From: Camelus ferus | Taxonomy: Eukaryota | NCBI RefSeq assembly: GCF_009834535.1 | Contig: NC_045707.1 | Location: 61,692,001 to 61,756,000, forward strand | DNA: 64,000 nucleotides | Direction of reading: 5' to 3' | Shown: positions 24,296-38,730 of the stretch, one piece after another | Layout of the letters: each line of letters begins with the position of its first letter | How positions within the stretch are numbered: the stretch's first letter is position 1 | Made by a program: the position numbers and the translations under genes | The notes under the pieces: generated by a model | The model's database searches: none | Seen by the model: only the letters and a program-made list of their open reading frames with translations | Told to the model about the DNA's origin: nothing

Positions 24296-27200
24296 AAGCT
24301 TAGTTCTTAGGCCAGGCTTTTATCTTTAAACTTGAAAGTGGTCTCCAAGATCATATCCAAATACTGAATTACACACAGGACCCAAGAAGCCAGGACTTTA
24401 GTGACAGACTGAGAGCAAAATTCTAAATGAGGCTGAAACTGAAAGGGTTGATGGAGTTATTGACCTGAGGCAACTTGATTTGATGTTAAGTTTCCAGAAG
24501 GGCGAGGAAAATGGAATTGATCAAGTAGTAGAAACTTCATAAAGATTTGGGTGTCAGAATGAGTATTCTAGGGAGAGAAGCAAGGCTCTGACCTTTCCTC
24601 CTCCCCTCCTCCCTGTTGTTGGCCTCAAATCTGGCCATGAGACTCTGCTACATTTTCTGTCCTGGAAACTGGCCACAGATGACTTTTGCAGAATTTCAAC
24701 AGTAACTTTACCCAAAGGGCAAAACAAAACACAAAAGCTGTGAGTCAGCCTTGGTGAGACTCTTTTTCCCAGCTTGCTGATTTCCCACTTAATTTCTTTT
24801 ACAACTAATATCGTAACAGATTGTTTTCTTTTTCACTTAGATAGGTTCTTATGACAATCTTAAAACAAAACCACCATTTTAAACTCTAAATCTATTTTTT
24901 TTTGTTGATTATTCTTTTTTATGAACCATCCATCTTTCCTTTCAAAATACTTCAATTTCAAAAGAGCAGTGGAAGTGCTACTATTTGTGAAATTGGCATA
25001 GGGAAAAGTCACTTGTCCAGGATACTGAGGAAGAACTTCAATACAAAACAGCAACTTTAATTAGGTTAAGTGTATCCAGCTTTACTTAGATTCATTGAGT
25101 TAAAAATCATAAATAGAGAGACATAGCAATATCTTAAGGATAATTACTACCTAGCTCTAGATAGCTCATAAATTTATATGCTTTCTAAAATCATTGTTAT
25201 GGTTTATTCAATAGATGCATTCAAAAATCATCTATTTCTGTATTTTTGGAATTTTATCTTTTTTCTCCAAACAGATATCTCAATTATGCATCGTTTATAT
25301 GAGTAATACACAGTCTCCTAAATTTAGGTTCAGCCTTTCTAATCGTGTAGAATATTTTAAGCAAGGAAACATACAAAATACTCAAAATAAGATTATCTGC
25401 ATCTACCTGAAACTAATGTAATAATGCAACTATAGAGGGAAAGTTTTTATTAAACACGTTGACAGGACTCAACTGAGGCATCATTGTGAAATAAGTTTAA
25501 TTTTGTGAAAATCTTATCTAAGGAAGTGAGAAGACACGAAATTACAAAGAGAATAGATTTCAGAGATTGGTATAGAAATATTGCTTTGACTTTGAAAGCT
25601 TTTTAAAATGTATTTCCTATTTTCAATCGAAAGTTCTTTTCAGCAGAATTTAGCCAGCCAAGAATTTATTTTAGAAGAATGTCTATTTTTAAGATAACAG
25701 TATTGTTATTGTTATTACTGGATGATAACATTTGTTTCTGAGAAGCTGGAGAGTTGTACAGATGTTATATACTGAATCATCAAAGTTACAGCAGTAACTC
25801 TTTTATGAGGCTAAAATGTCAGGTGGCAACAGATAAACAACCTGTGCAGAATTATGAAACGCGAGAATGAGATTTACAGTTCTCAGTTCAGTTTGCTGCA
25901 ATTTAGATCACACTTGTTTTTCTTCGCCAAAGAAAAAAAGACATTTTTGTAACGAGAGATGTATTTCTATTCCTTTGAATGGGCACCATTCTGCCCACTT
26001 CCAGTGGAAACTGTCTTGTCGAGAGATCCTAAACCCCTTAGTAGTCTAGAAGTTATATTTATTTGGCAATTTTTGACATATTTGTGTCTTAAAATCATGT
26101 CAGATCAAAGCCATTTCAAGATCCTTAGTTCAAAAACCTTTACTGAAATAGCATTAAAGGTCTGATTTAAACTGACAAGTGAAAGAAAATTGCAAGTTAA
26201 GGTTGTCATTCCCAGGCATTCAGCAAGTTCTGGAGAAATTTTTGAGTTCTATAAAAGAGTTCCTGGAAAGCCAATCATAAAATGACCTTTTGTATATAGG
26301 ACTTACTCGATTTTTCTATTGGCTTTCCCTTTTAAATATTCTGACATTTCTTATCTTTGGATTTCCCAGATGTTAACCATTTTTAAGACTTCAGCTATGT
26401 AGAGAAATTAAACATCTGTAACACACATATTTAAATGGACTTCTTGCAGGATCTCAGACATATTTCTGAAGTATCATTATTTTTGTAATTACAGAAGAAT
26501 ACATTTCTTTCCTTTTACCATTTCCTGTTTATCTCCGTAAATATCAGTTTGAATTAACTATGTTGAATCTACTTACCAGTGATTAGCATAATTTAAAACC
26601 TTAATTGAATCAAATTAGATCACATTCGACTTGCCACAGTGCTCACAAATGTCAAGGTCACTTTAATTCTTCTCCCTTTTGATTACATGATGTTCAATAA
26701 CAGCTATGAACCGTTAAGTAACGGAGCCACCAACAGAAAGATAGAGAGGGCTATATATAACTTCGCAACTAGCTCAGTGACATATTAATTCTAAATCAGC
26801 AAAGTTGCATATATCAAATTGACATTATTTCAAGGAATACCCCTATTTGAGATTTCATTTTAAGAGATTTATATGAACAAAATCTCTGTATCTGGCATTC
26901 TATTGTCCAGCACCTTAGCTAACTCTCACTTGGATGGAAGGTTAATTATTTTCATGGTGATAGCCCTGAGGAATTAGAGTATTCTGAAGTGTCTGCTGAA
27001 GGATAAAAGAGGTTTATTTGGTGGGATGCAGCATTAGTAGGAAGCATCAGTCACTGTTTTCTAATTCTTTGAAAACATATAATATGCATAAGGTACACAG
27101 GCTCACTCCCAGTAAGAATAAGTTGTGAACCTGACCAGTTAAGACAACAAAGAATGTGTTGGGTTTCCTTTTGAAATGTTTATATGAAAAAATAAATAAA

Positions 27201-29229
27201 TTTTAAAAACAGACACCAGTCCTTTTAGGATACTTCTTTATTTATAAACTTGGTATGTAAAAAAGAAGAGGAGAGGAAATATAATATTTATTAAGTACCT
27301 CCTCAATAAATGTTCAGGGCTATAATTTAGGTTTTCAGGTTGTGCCCCATGCAAAGAGTGTGACTGGGGATCTGAAATCCCCTCACTTAGTTTTTTAAAC
27401 TATGGACCTGGTGAAACATGGGAGCATTTTGGGAAATTCATCTGCCCAGACAAATGTTTATTTAAATTGCTTCCAAGACATCTCGTATTCTAGAAGAGAC
27501 CCTGGCATTATGCAGTGCTTTTTACATAGATCAGATAATTCTGAAGATCAAGTAGTAAATATATAAGGAGTTTTATTCTCTCTTCCCTTAAAGTGGGACA
27601 CGAATGGCTTAAGTAAATTGCCCAGAATTACATACACAGACAATAAACGGTGAAGGTTTCTGAAAATTTACATTCCTGAAAAATTTGCATTTTACTATGC
27701 CATGAAAATGTGATTAGGTACAGGAAAACCATGTGAAAGATGAAAATAAAGAACTTAGCAACATAAATATAAGAATTAGTGTGAAAAATACATCTGTTGG
27801 TAATAAAATAGACTATTAATCTTAAAGCTTGTATTTTTAATATGTAATTTTCTCCCTCTGCTTTTATGTGTCCTATGGGTATATTTTATCACCTCAGTCT
27901 GAAAAACAAGTTTTTCAAAATATTTGTACTCTCCACTTATTTCCCACAAATGCTATTTTAATCAATATTTATAATTTATAAAGTCATTTTCTTTTAAACT
28001 AAATTAATACATATAAGTCTTATAAAGGGTACATATGAATTAAGTTTATTATAAATGCATTTACACATATATTATGACTTTATAGTTCTATATTTAAGAA
28101 TATGTAAAAGATTTTTTTTAAGTTCTATTTGTGAATATCACCTTGAGGACTGAGAATGAAATGGCGATGTAGATATCAAATGGTGTGGGAATTTTCTCCT
28201 GAAAATATGCAATCCTCCTTGAAAGAATTTGCCATTGTAATTTCTAATGCTATGCAAGAGTGACTATGCTTTGTCTAAAAAATATCATAAAATCATATTA
28301 TAAAAATGTTTCTTATACTAGCAAGAAGGATATTCTTATTTATTAATATTCTTTTATTGATTAAGTGCATTTTCTTAAATTAGCTCATATAGCTTAGCTA
28401 ATGATTGTTAACAGCCCCATTTCTATGTATGAGTAAAGGAACCAAAGAGGGAAATCTTTCACTCGTGAAATTTGTTGCAAAGGAGTCCCTTAGATCTTGT
28501 TTATTGTTTTCCTGATATAAAGATGGAGCTACTGAAGTTGACTTGTGTGCAGCCTCACAAATTGACCCTCTGAGGCCCAGCCTTACTCTTCTGGGTCTCC
28601 CTGAAACAGGGGAGATGCAGGCAGTGTAGCTGAGGCCTGGAGGAAGTAATAACTCCTCATTGGCTTGAAGCTTCTTTGAATCCCCTACATCTGCACGAAG
28701 CTTCTACCCAGAGGCTGAAGGTGTGGGAGGGAATGCCTTCCCTTCCTTGATATCGCCAGTAAAGGGACTTCCTTTCCTCTTTTTAAGTGTTTGGTAATAA
28801 AGAATGGTCAATTAACCCCAGCTATGCTTAGATAGGAAGAACTGAAATAAGATCTCTGTAAACCACCAAAATTTGTCCACAGTAGTAATTGTGAAGCAGC
28901 CATATTGTATAGTGAAATTCTAGGCCACTGGAATCATCCAGTGGAAACAGTACACTAAGCCTGAGATAAAAATTGTTTTGATTTTTAGATTATATTAAAT
29001 TGAAACTATGTTTTAATTCTTTTGATATGTTCCAATGTTTTTTTTTAATTTTAATTCTCTAAGATACTTTCACAGAGAAATGTGCTTACTCCTGTACATT
29101 CAAGCTCTCCCTTTTCCCTGATTTCTTTCCTTCTGCCTATGAACATACTCAAAATATCTCCTGAAAAAAAAGAGCAAAAGCCAAGCAGAGACAAACAGAC
29201 CATCCTTGAACTGCTCCCCTTCAAGACTT

Positions 29230-30130
29230 CAGTCTTCATGTTATGGTGAGTTTTGTGAAGAACAGTTAGCCCTTCTTCCTTCTACTCCAGTCATTGCTAA
29301 ACCTAGTTTGCTTCTGGGCTCAGCACTCCCTTGAAAAGATTCTCATTCTGGTCATTGATTACTTCCCATTTTCCAAGTCCAAAGACCCATCTTGAGTTCT
29401 CTTTGAGTTCTCCCTGATATTTGGAATTGTTAATCACATTCTACTCCTCAAATTTTGTTCCTCCTTTGGCTTCTTGGAAATTAAACTTATCAGTACAAAT
29501 ATAATCTTTTTGTCAGTAGACAATTCCCATAGAAGTAAGGCACACTTAATTTGTCTGTATAGCTTCACTTCTTGTCATTTCTAACTTCTGCTTTCTACAA
29601 ATTGTTAACCTCATTAAAAAATTCCTAACAAAATACGTGCACACATTTTTGTCTGATCTACCTCAGAAGTATATCTTGAACCTGTTTCCTTTCTCCATCC
29701 TGATGGCTGCTGCCAGAGCTTTAACCCATGCCTTCATCTTCTCTTGCTTAGTTAACTGGAATATACCTCATTTGTTTTTTCTCCCTCCTCATTAATTAAA
29801 AGTCATTAAAAATATTGACTATGTCATTACCATGCTTAAAACATTCCTTGGATACCTGTAGTAAACAGAAAAACAGAGTTTATTATGGCATCTAAGACCA
29901 TTCCCAGTTTAGAGCCAACTCATCAGCTATCATTTACTTCACAAGCCACATGCCCCCACTTTCCATACCAAGGTTTGCCCCTCCAAGGATGCATAATTTG
30001 CTAAACTCTCCCCCAGACTTACTACAGTCTTTTATAACTCTGTACCTTTTACATTTTTTTCCTTCCTTGGGAAATCATTTTCCAGCTTCTTTGCTTATGA
30101 AAGGTAAATCCCATGATCTTTCCATTAGAC
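29230..30130 (+). mobile_element. Degenerate L2 fragments
   Basis: Pyrimidine-rich L2-like motifs (ttgttaatcacattctactcctcaaa, catcttctcttgcttag, tatgtcattaccatgcttaaaacattccttgg). Confidence 0.45.
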
Positions 30131-32807
30131 TTAGTTTACTTCAGTTCAACAGAAGTTTTATAGGGGGCTCTCTATGTGCATAAGACTGAGAGTATAAAGA
30201 ATAAATGATTTTCTCAGCTCTGAGAAAGTTCACAGTCTGTCAGGAGTAGGGGCAGGGAGAATGTGGGAGATTGACTTCAGGGTAGAATATTATGGGAACC
30301 TAAAAAGGGGGGCGATAATCATTGACATAAGGAGTTACAGAGATAGTCGCTACTGCTCTTGAGTACATTCTCCATATTGATTCTGCAGATCTTTACAGCC
30401 TTAGAGCAGGTAGTTAAGGGTTGGAATCTATTTTCAGTGCTGCTCTAGTAGATTCGGGATATGATTCTTCTTCTAACACAACTCGCCATGCAGAAGACAG
30501 TCAGGGAAGGTTTTTTAAAGGAGTAGAAGGAGTCCCACATCTTCTCCACAGTGAAGCCGTCCATTTTCTCCCAGTAAGAATTCATATTTTCAGTCTGTCC
30601 GTTCCCACAAAACTCTGTTTACATCTGTCATGTTAGTTGTATCATGAGTCTTACCTAATTACAGGTGTTCAGTAAGTGTAGGTAAAATGCACATATAATA
30701 CGTTTCTTGAATAGGACGTAATATACTATAATTCTTTTGATTCCTCTGTCTACTTGTGTGTAAAATTTTAAAAAGAACTGTCTATAAATACCGTGGTGGG
30801 TTAGAGACTTTGCCATTAACTGTCTAGGTGACTTTTTAGGCTTTTTATCATCCATAAATTAAACAGGTTAGACAAAATGCTTTTATAAGTCTAAAATTAC
30901 CTTTTCTATTAATTTGTAATAGATAAAAACCAATTGGAATACATTTACTTGCTATATTTAAGGTAACAATATCACTTTTAAACCACATCCTGCTAACTTC
31001 AATAATCTTTATTTATTTGCAATTAACTAGTAAGAACAAGAATACATAGATCAATTCCAGGTCCAAATATATTGGATTTATTGAAATTAATATTTTAATT
31101 TCATTTATTAAATGGTGAATGATTACTTAAGGAAAAAGAACATATGGCTTAAAGTCAGGTCCGTATAATATAATTACCTTATTCCAGTAGTAATAGACTG
31201 CTATTTATTTCAGTAACATTAACTGAAATTAAGTGAAGTTATTTGATTTGGCTATTATCCAAATCTTTCATTTTTTGCATGCAAATGAATTATTTCAATT
31301 GAGCATCAATTGTAGCCAAAGGCTTAAATTATCTAGGAAATTTTAATTTAGTCATAGGTTGTGACATCTGTATAATCCAAATTATAAATTATCTTGCTCC
31401 TTTCAAAAAAAAAAAACAACTTACTGTTACTTCTAATGATGGGAAGAGCACAATATAGTTCCAGCTTTGTCTTTGTAGGAAAATATTAATCTTTACTATA
31501 TTAGACATTATATAAAAACAAAATTTGTAGTATAACTCAGGCAGACAAGAAATTCTATTGTGACACTTTAAACATTGCCTAACTATAAAAAATAATGACA
31601 GTTAAATAGTAAAGAAATCAAAAAAATGATAAAGAAGTCTGAAGAGAAAATATTACTCTCATAAAGTTAGGTAGTTCTTGAATTATTCTTATATTTCTAT
31701 AAAAGAAGAATAATGTCTTATTTTTAAGAGACAGATATTTGATATTACATGCTTCAAGATAAGGTTTTGATAATATATTTCACTTTTTTTATTGGTGCAT
31801 TTTTATTTTTATTGGGATGTGTAGCATATTGAAAACACGAATGTAATTTTACTTCAGGAGGTCACGGGAAGCTGGTCATACCAAATGCTGTCTTTGAGCG
31901 TTTACAAAATTTAAATTTTAGAGAAACTGAAGAACTGACAATATATATATATTTGTAATATTATAATCATGATACTTATAAAATCTATAAATAATTAAAT
32001 TTGAGTAAAATCACATGGTTACCAATTTTTAAAATGTTAGGATTAGATCAAACTGGAACTTCACCTGAGGCACACCAGTATACTGAATGACTATTTTCCC
32101 AGTACTGTTGACATCTTTTGGAGAAACTGAGCCAAAAATTGTTGACTCTTAACTGTTTGTGTCCCCACCAGGTATTCACTGAATCCCAGTGATTCAGCCT
32201 TGCATTACCACTGAAATCCATTTTTTCGAGTGTTGATAATGATATTTAATTTTGTATTTTGCTTTTGTAATGTAAACACTCATAAGAATCAAATTAGTGA
32301 ATAAGGATTGTTAGATCGTCAAATAGGAAAGGAAATCCACTGATATTATTTTCCCTTTCCCACCTGTCTAGTTGCCTATGCTATTTGAGGAAATATATAC
32401 CAATTTCATAAATGTATATAACTTTTGTATATTTGTTGATGTTGTGCTACACACAGATGGATATAGTGGAGTATATATACTCACAATCCTAATAATGCAT
32501 ACTAAAAAATTTTGCCTGGAGTGAAAGTTGTAAATGATATACTTTAATGGAGAGTTGAGTTCGCAAAATTCAAGCATGACGCATCAAAATTTTTAAAAAG
32601 GGAACATTTTCTGATCAGTTACATTCAAAGTTAAAGGCTATGCACCCTGTCACAAGAAATAAATTTGGAAATGACATTTTTGAGCATAATTTCTATTGTC
32701 ATTTCAAAGTCCACTTTTGAAAGCATTCAGCTTGTTGGGAACAGTTGCTGCTGCTGACAACAGCGAGCAAGATTTCGATGGGAAGAAATTTTAACCTGTC
32801 TTCTAAT

Positions 32808-32838
32808 AACAACAATAACAACAACAACAACAACAACA
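32808..32838. repeat. (AAC)n trinucleotide repeat, one interruption
   Basis: aacaacaataacaacaacaacaacaacaacaa. Confidence 0.9.
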
Positions 32839-34314
32839 AAAAATCAGACGTCATTTCTGTATCTTCTCTATAATTCCTATAATTTAGAGAAATATTTATT
32901 CAGCTTTCCTAATACAATTATATGAAACACTTAATATACTTCTTGATCAGAAAAATGTAGTGTAACTCATACTTTTTTCCAGGAAATGAAAAATTATAAT
33001 CATTTCAAAACAAATTGGGACACCTTATTGAAATAGTCACAGCCATAACATGGTGCTGCCTCAATGAAAGATAAAAGATGTTATGGAGAGGTGATATTGT
33101 TTATCCAATGTGGCTTCTTTTTGGCTTTAGAATCTTTTACAATCTAAAAAGAGAGACTGCATTTTATAGCACCTTAAACTAGGGTAGTAATGGAATAAAG
33201 GAACAAGGGAGGTAATGAAAGGTTATTTCGAAATAGAATTTAAAAGAGATTAAGTGACCTACATACCAGTTTTTGCCTCTCCACATTTATCTATCTTGGA
33301 ATCAGTCTGGTTTTAACAACTTAATAAAGGTTCCAAACATGATGGGAAGTTTTTTATATTGTATTTACATGTTAGGCACTGATAGCTAGGAAATCATTTT
33401 TGTAACACCAAGAAAGTGAAAATTATGTAATTTTTTTGTTGTAAAGGTTCAACATTTATCCACAGTATTATGAATCAGTTTTGGGGAAAAATAATAATTA
33501 GTCGTGAAAATTAACACATTGGCAAGCTAAATAAGGAAGTGCAGGTGTGCTTGACCAGTCCTGCCTCTGCATCTTACTTTCCTCATCTGCTTCTCACCTG
33601 CCTAAACATGTTCATCATAAATTGTCAAAGGATTTGTCCCGTCTCTGGCCCATATGTATCTTCTGCTGCCAAAATGTGTAAAAAGAAACTTAAGGATCTC
33701 AAACTTTTCTTTTTTTTTTTTTTTTTTTTTTGAGTTTACCGCCAAGATTCTCAGTGATTGTTTATTGTGTGAAGTATTTGAGGTGATTTAGTTCATGAAA
33801 CGACAACCTCCTGCTGCTTCCGCCCCGCTCTGCGCCCAGTTCCGCCCTCAGCCCGTTGCTAACTTGCCCCATTACTGTCCTCCTCCTTTCATTCTGGGCG
33901 TTGAAAATCATTTTTGTTTGCAGAATAATTGCCCTTCCAGGATCACACAAGTGGATGCTCGGGGGATGCTAATCATTGGGCACCAGTTCAAGTTTCTAAT
34001 ATATAAATTGAACACATAATGACTTTTAATTTCCAACTGCTCATAATACTCACTCAACATGGTGTTTTCTCCATCTCATTGCACTGCCTGCAATTTTTTT
34101 CTTGCTCATAGAGAAAATGCCACCCAGCTACCCCAATCCTGAATCTGCTTCTGTGTCCTTCCTTTCCGGTCTCCTTCCCCGTTGTATGTTCCCAGCCTCA
34201 GCCTGTATTCTGACGCCTTCCTGTGCCTGTAGCAGCCTGGGCCATGATGCACTTTTCGTTCACCTGGTCCCATGAAACTCCCAATCCATTTTTACTGTGA
34301 ATTAAATAATTCAG

Positions 34315-34682
34315 TATTGTAGACTGAATTGTGTCTCCCTCTCACTCCCAAATTCGTACGTTGAAGCCCAAACTGCCAATGTGACTGTATTTGGAGACAG
34401 GGCTTTTAAGGGAGTCATTAGGTTAAATGAGGCCACAAGGGTGGGGCCCTAATCCCTTAAGGCTGGTATCTTATCCTAAGAGGAAGAGATCCCAGGAATG
34501 AGCACACACACACAAAAAGGCACCAGAGAGAAGGCAGCCCTCTGCAAGCCAGGAAGAGAGGTCCTGCCTTAGTCTTGAAGCTCCAGCCTCCAGAAGGAAA
34601 TAAAGGAAATAAAGTTCGTTGTTTTGTTTAAGTCACCTAGCCTGTGTTACTGTGGGTAATGGCAGGTTGAACGGACTAAAGA
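34315..34682 (+). mobile_element. MaLR solo LTR (MLT1B-like)
   Basis: ttgtagactgaattgtgtctcc...gttgaagccc...aatgtgactgtatttggagacagggc...tgcaagccaggaagagagg...ccagcctccagaa...aataaa...gactaaaga. Confidence 0.85.
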
Positions 34683-35133
34683 ATCCAGATTATCGTTCAT
34701 TTCCCTGTCATTCTTCTACCGCCTTGTCTAAGTGAAACCCAGCTTCCCCTGAGATTGCTTTTAATTAGCAGTGCCTCCTTTTGCCATTCCTTGAGAAGAA
34801 GTGCGTTTTTACTTTCTTTCCTGCTGCGAAGTTCATACCACTGTTCTGAAGCTTTCATCAGCCTTCATGAAGTTTCTCCAAGTAGTTTATGCATTTAGGT
34901 CATCCCCTTTCATTGAAATTACCCACAGAATTTCTGAATCTCTTCCAGACTTTCTTGTAAACATTGGACTTTTTCACCTAGATTTTAGATGCTGTCCTCT
35001 GTGTCAGTATCTATAGAAATTCATAATTCTTGAATTTAATCATTTTCTGAACCCTTTAATTCCGCTTTCTGTATGTTACAGTGGTCTTCGAGTTGTTTTA
35101 TGCAAAGGCTCTGAACTCTGGACAAAGGAAGGC

Positions 35134-35676
35134 TGTGGTGGTTTTAAAATACTACCGTAATTCTTGATATTTCTCCCTTCCACCTGTGGTATTTGATTTC
35201 CCCCCTTTGAATGTGGGCTGGATTTATCTCACAAATAGAATATGGAGAAAGTGATGGTACATAAAGAAACTGCTGAGACTCGGTCATAAAGGCGTCACGT
35301 TTTCTCCCTTGTTCTCTCTCTCTCTCGGATCCCTCACTCTGGGGTGGGTGGCTGACATGTTGTGATGTTGTGAAGACACTCAAGGAGCCCTCTGGAAAGG
35401 CCCTCCTGGTAAGAAACTGAGGTCTTCTCTCAATCGACAATGAGGAATTGAGGTCTCCTGCCAACAGACGGTGACTGAGCTGTCTTAGAAATAGATCTGC
35501 TAGCCCCAGCTGAACCTCAAGTAACCATAGCTACTGGCCGAAATCTTGACTGCAACCTTGTGAGAGGCCCAGAGCCAGGCCACCCAGACCTGCCCTGACT
35601 GATATGAAATTGGCATATTTGTTGTTTTAAGCTGCTAAGTTTGGGGGTAATATTTACATAGCAGCAGAGAACTACA
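35134..35676 (+). mobile_element. MaLR solo LTR (MLT1F-like)
   Basis: tgtggtgg...cccttgaatgtgggctgga-like head; ttgactgcaaccttgtgagagg; tail ttgttgttttaagctgctaagtttgggggtaat...agcagcagagaactaca. Confidence 0.82.
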
Positions 35677-35699
35677 ACAATGTCTGGAAGCATGGGAGC

Positions 35700-36330
35700 A
35701 TGGAGATTAATTAAAAGACTACGGCAGTTTCTCAAAGAGGTGATTGTCGCTTGGCCTCTAGTGAGTTGGTGAATTAGACACTGAAGAGAGAAGGAAAGGG
35801 AGGCACCAGGATGACCTCTCATTTTTGACTTGAGTAACAGTGTTCCAGCTACTGAGATGAAGAGGATGAAGGGAAGAACAGATTTGGGGGGAAAGAAATT
35901 TAGGAATTTGGTAAACCTATTTGGCATCATGTCCAGTGATAATGACAGGAAGACAGTTGAGCAAGAAAACAGTCTAGAGCTCAGTGAGGTCAAAGCTGAG
36001 GATGTAAATTCAGAATCAGAGGCAAATGGATTTAGGTTTTAATAATTGGACCATATCAGGTCACCTAGACATAGAAGAAAATTTGGAGCCAAGTTCTTTG
36101 TTTCTCCATCATTTGGACATCAGATGGAGGAGAGGACCTAGCAAAGAAAACTGAAAAGTATTGTCTGGAGAAGTGGGGAGGAAATCAGAAGCACATGGTA
36201 TCCTGGAAGTCATTTAATGAGAGTGTCTCAAAGGGAAAGGACCCTTCACGTTTACTGCTTCTGAGAGTGAGAACTGAAGCACATCCATTGGAATTGGCCT
36301 CTGACTTGCAACTGATGGCCTCTCCAAGGG
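35700..36330 (-). mobile_element. L2 fragment
   Basis: Purine-rich antisense L2 pattern (caggatgacctctcatttttgacttgagtaac...tactgagatg...aacagatttgggggg...ctagagctcag...ccattggaattggc). Confidence 0.6.
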
Positions 36331-36921
36331 CTAGCATCTCTAATTGGAGAAATACCAATGGAAGGCAGACTAAGCTGGGTAGATGGCTAACTTTAACACA
36401 TTTTGTCTCTTTATTATTGAACGGGCCATTTTTACCTTTATTTGAGGCATTTATTTCTTTATATCATTCCCCCCAAATAGATTACATGCTCCTGTGCACA
36501 GGAACTTCTCTTGGTTTCTCCAGAATCTCACAACAGAGAGCCTTCAACTTAATTGTTGTACAAGAAGTATTTATTAAACTGAATTAGATTCTTTTACAAC
36601 CAATAAAGAAATTGCAGAGCAGAGAAGAAATAAAACTGTAGGACATTAAAAAAAAAGTCCTGTGAAAGATGACTATAACCATTCGAGACGGACTTTTAGG
36701 GATACAGGTTCCTTCTTCAGTCCCAGTCCTTTCAAAAGCTTACCCTGTCTTAAAGGAATTTTTACATTTGTAAAATCAAAATCAGTGAAAGCATGTTGGA
36801 TGTGCAAAAACTGTTAAATGGCTTGAGATGGCTGATTTGCTTCGTATTCCTAAAATGTGTCCCTCATTCAAACAAAACAGGGACAAAACCTACACAAAAT
36901 TCTTGATATTGCAAAATTGTT

Positions 36922-37133
36922 TTTTCTTAATTATTATTTTATTTTATTTTCTTAATACATTTTTATTGAAGTATAGTCAGTTTGCAATGTTGTGTCAATT
37001 TCTTGTGTCCAGCACAGTACTTCAGTCATATAGGAACACACATGTATTTGTTTTCATATTCTTTTTCACCATAAGTTACTACAAGATATTGAATATACTT
37101 CCCTGTGCTATACAGTATAAACTTGTTTATCCC
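36922..37133 (-). mobile_element. Lineage-specific L1 3' end
   Basis: ttttattgaagtatagtcagtttgcaatgttgtgtcaattt...ttccctgtgctatacagtataa. Flanking repeat aaattgtt at 36914-36921 and 37134-37141. Confidence 0.85.
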
Positions 37134-38694
37134 AAATTGTTGAAGTTCTAAAAAAAGAAGTAAGATGATAAAAAAAAAAAAATGTAGGCTATGAATGAAA
37201 CCCTAAAGCACAGGTCACACTTATCTTTTCCTAATTAACTACTTTCAGCATATATTTTAAAAGAAATGATTTACCTTTAAGAATGAAACCAATTGAAGTT
37301 GTGAGTGTCACTTTAGAGTTTACAGCATTTTAGAGATTGTATAATATGGAAAAGAGACACTGTAGGTTTCTCTCTAAGTCAGCACTGTGCAAGCACAAGA
37401 GACTATTAACTGTAGGATTTTGTAGCTCTATTAAATATTCAGAAGCTTCCCTTCTGTTGTCTCTATATCAAGGGCAAGTCCTGTATACCTTGTTCTGAAA
37501 GCTTTGAAATGAGCTAAATAACCTGTGAAAACAACTATTTCTTTCTCTAACTAGAAAATAGAAAAAAATTTTTTAAAGTATGAAAAGGAGGCGGAGGAAC
37601 CCAGCTCATACTTGTCCATTCCTATAAGTTTCAGGCTTTTTTAGATACTTTTAGGATCAAAATGTTGTAGTTAACTTTGTCCAAATAATGAACACACAAC
37701 TGTTTTCTTTCCTGATACCCATTCGCCTGGTTATCTTTAGTTATATAGAACCAGCGTTTGTTCATTATTACCATGGGTGACTGACCTTGAAAAAGTACTA
37801 CATATAAAGATCTGCAAGACAAATCAGGAATAAAGCTTAGTGATTTCATTCTTCTGGTTTTGTTGCTTTTGCACAATTGACTGGAGTTTAGCATTTGTGT
37901 GTGCATGAGTGTTTGCACATACAAATGTGTATGAAATGCTATTTATTGGAATATTGTAATATTTATTTTCTAAATATTTGTGTTCAGAAGTGTTGAACAT
38001 TACTGTTTTTAAAAAAGTGAATTTGGAGAAGCAATATATGTTACAAAACAGAGTTTTGACCTTAGTCTCTACACCTCAGTTTACTTTTCTTTAAAATGGG
38101 AAAATAGAATTCTACTGTGCAATATGTTTACAGGATTAAGAGATGTAAATTATTTTTTAGGACAGATGCCCTCACTGAATTTTACCTTAATAAGTAAAAC
38201 CTCTTGGTTTTAGATTTTTGTTTTTAATTGCTACCTTTTAAATGACTAAAGCAATATTGCTCTTGGCAGTTTAAAACTATTCCTAGTATTTTAAATTATC
38301 ACTTACTAATCCAATAAACTGTAATTGGTGCCATGGCCCTGATTTACTTTCCTGATACAACAGGACAACAGATATGGAATTAGATTTGGGGGGGTAGACT
38401 TAGTTAAAAACAGGATAAACTACAATTATGTAGTTGCCAAAGTTTGCTGATTGGTTATGGATAGAAAACGTCTATGATTTAGACAATTTTGGTGATAGTA
38501 TTTAGAAATATCTGGTATTTCATTACTACTCTTCACATTTTCAAAAATACGGTATGGAGCTGTATTAGCTAAATAACTTTTTCTGTCTTTTAGAATTAGC
38601 CCATTTTGCTTATTATTATAGCAAAGCTAAAAAAATTTAAAATTTGTAACGATCCCTATGAACCCTACTGGCTCACTGTTGTGAATGCACACGT

Positions 38695-38699
<5 letters not shown>

Positions 38700-38729
<30 letters not shown>
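38700..38729. repeat. (TG)15 microsatellite
   Basis: Perfect dinucleotide run. Confidence 0.95.

Positions 38730-38730
<1 letters not shown>

Noticed and set aside
35144..36587. Cluster of 70-158 aa ORFs
   Set aside because: They lie in an MLT1 LTR and an L2 fragment, with no recognisable domain; chance ORFs.
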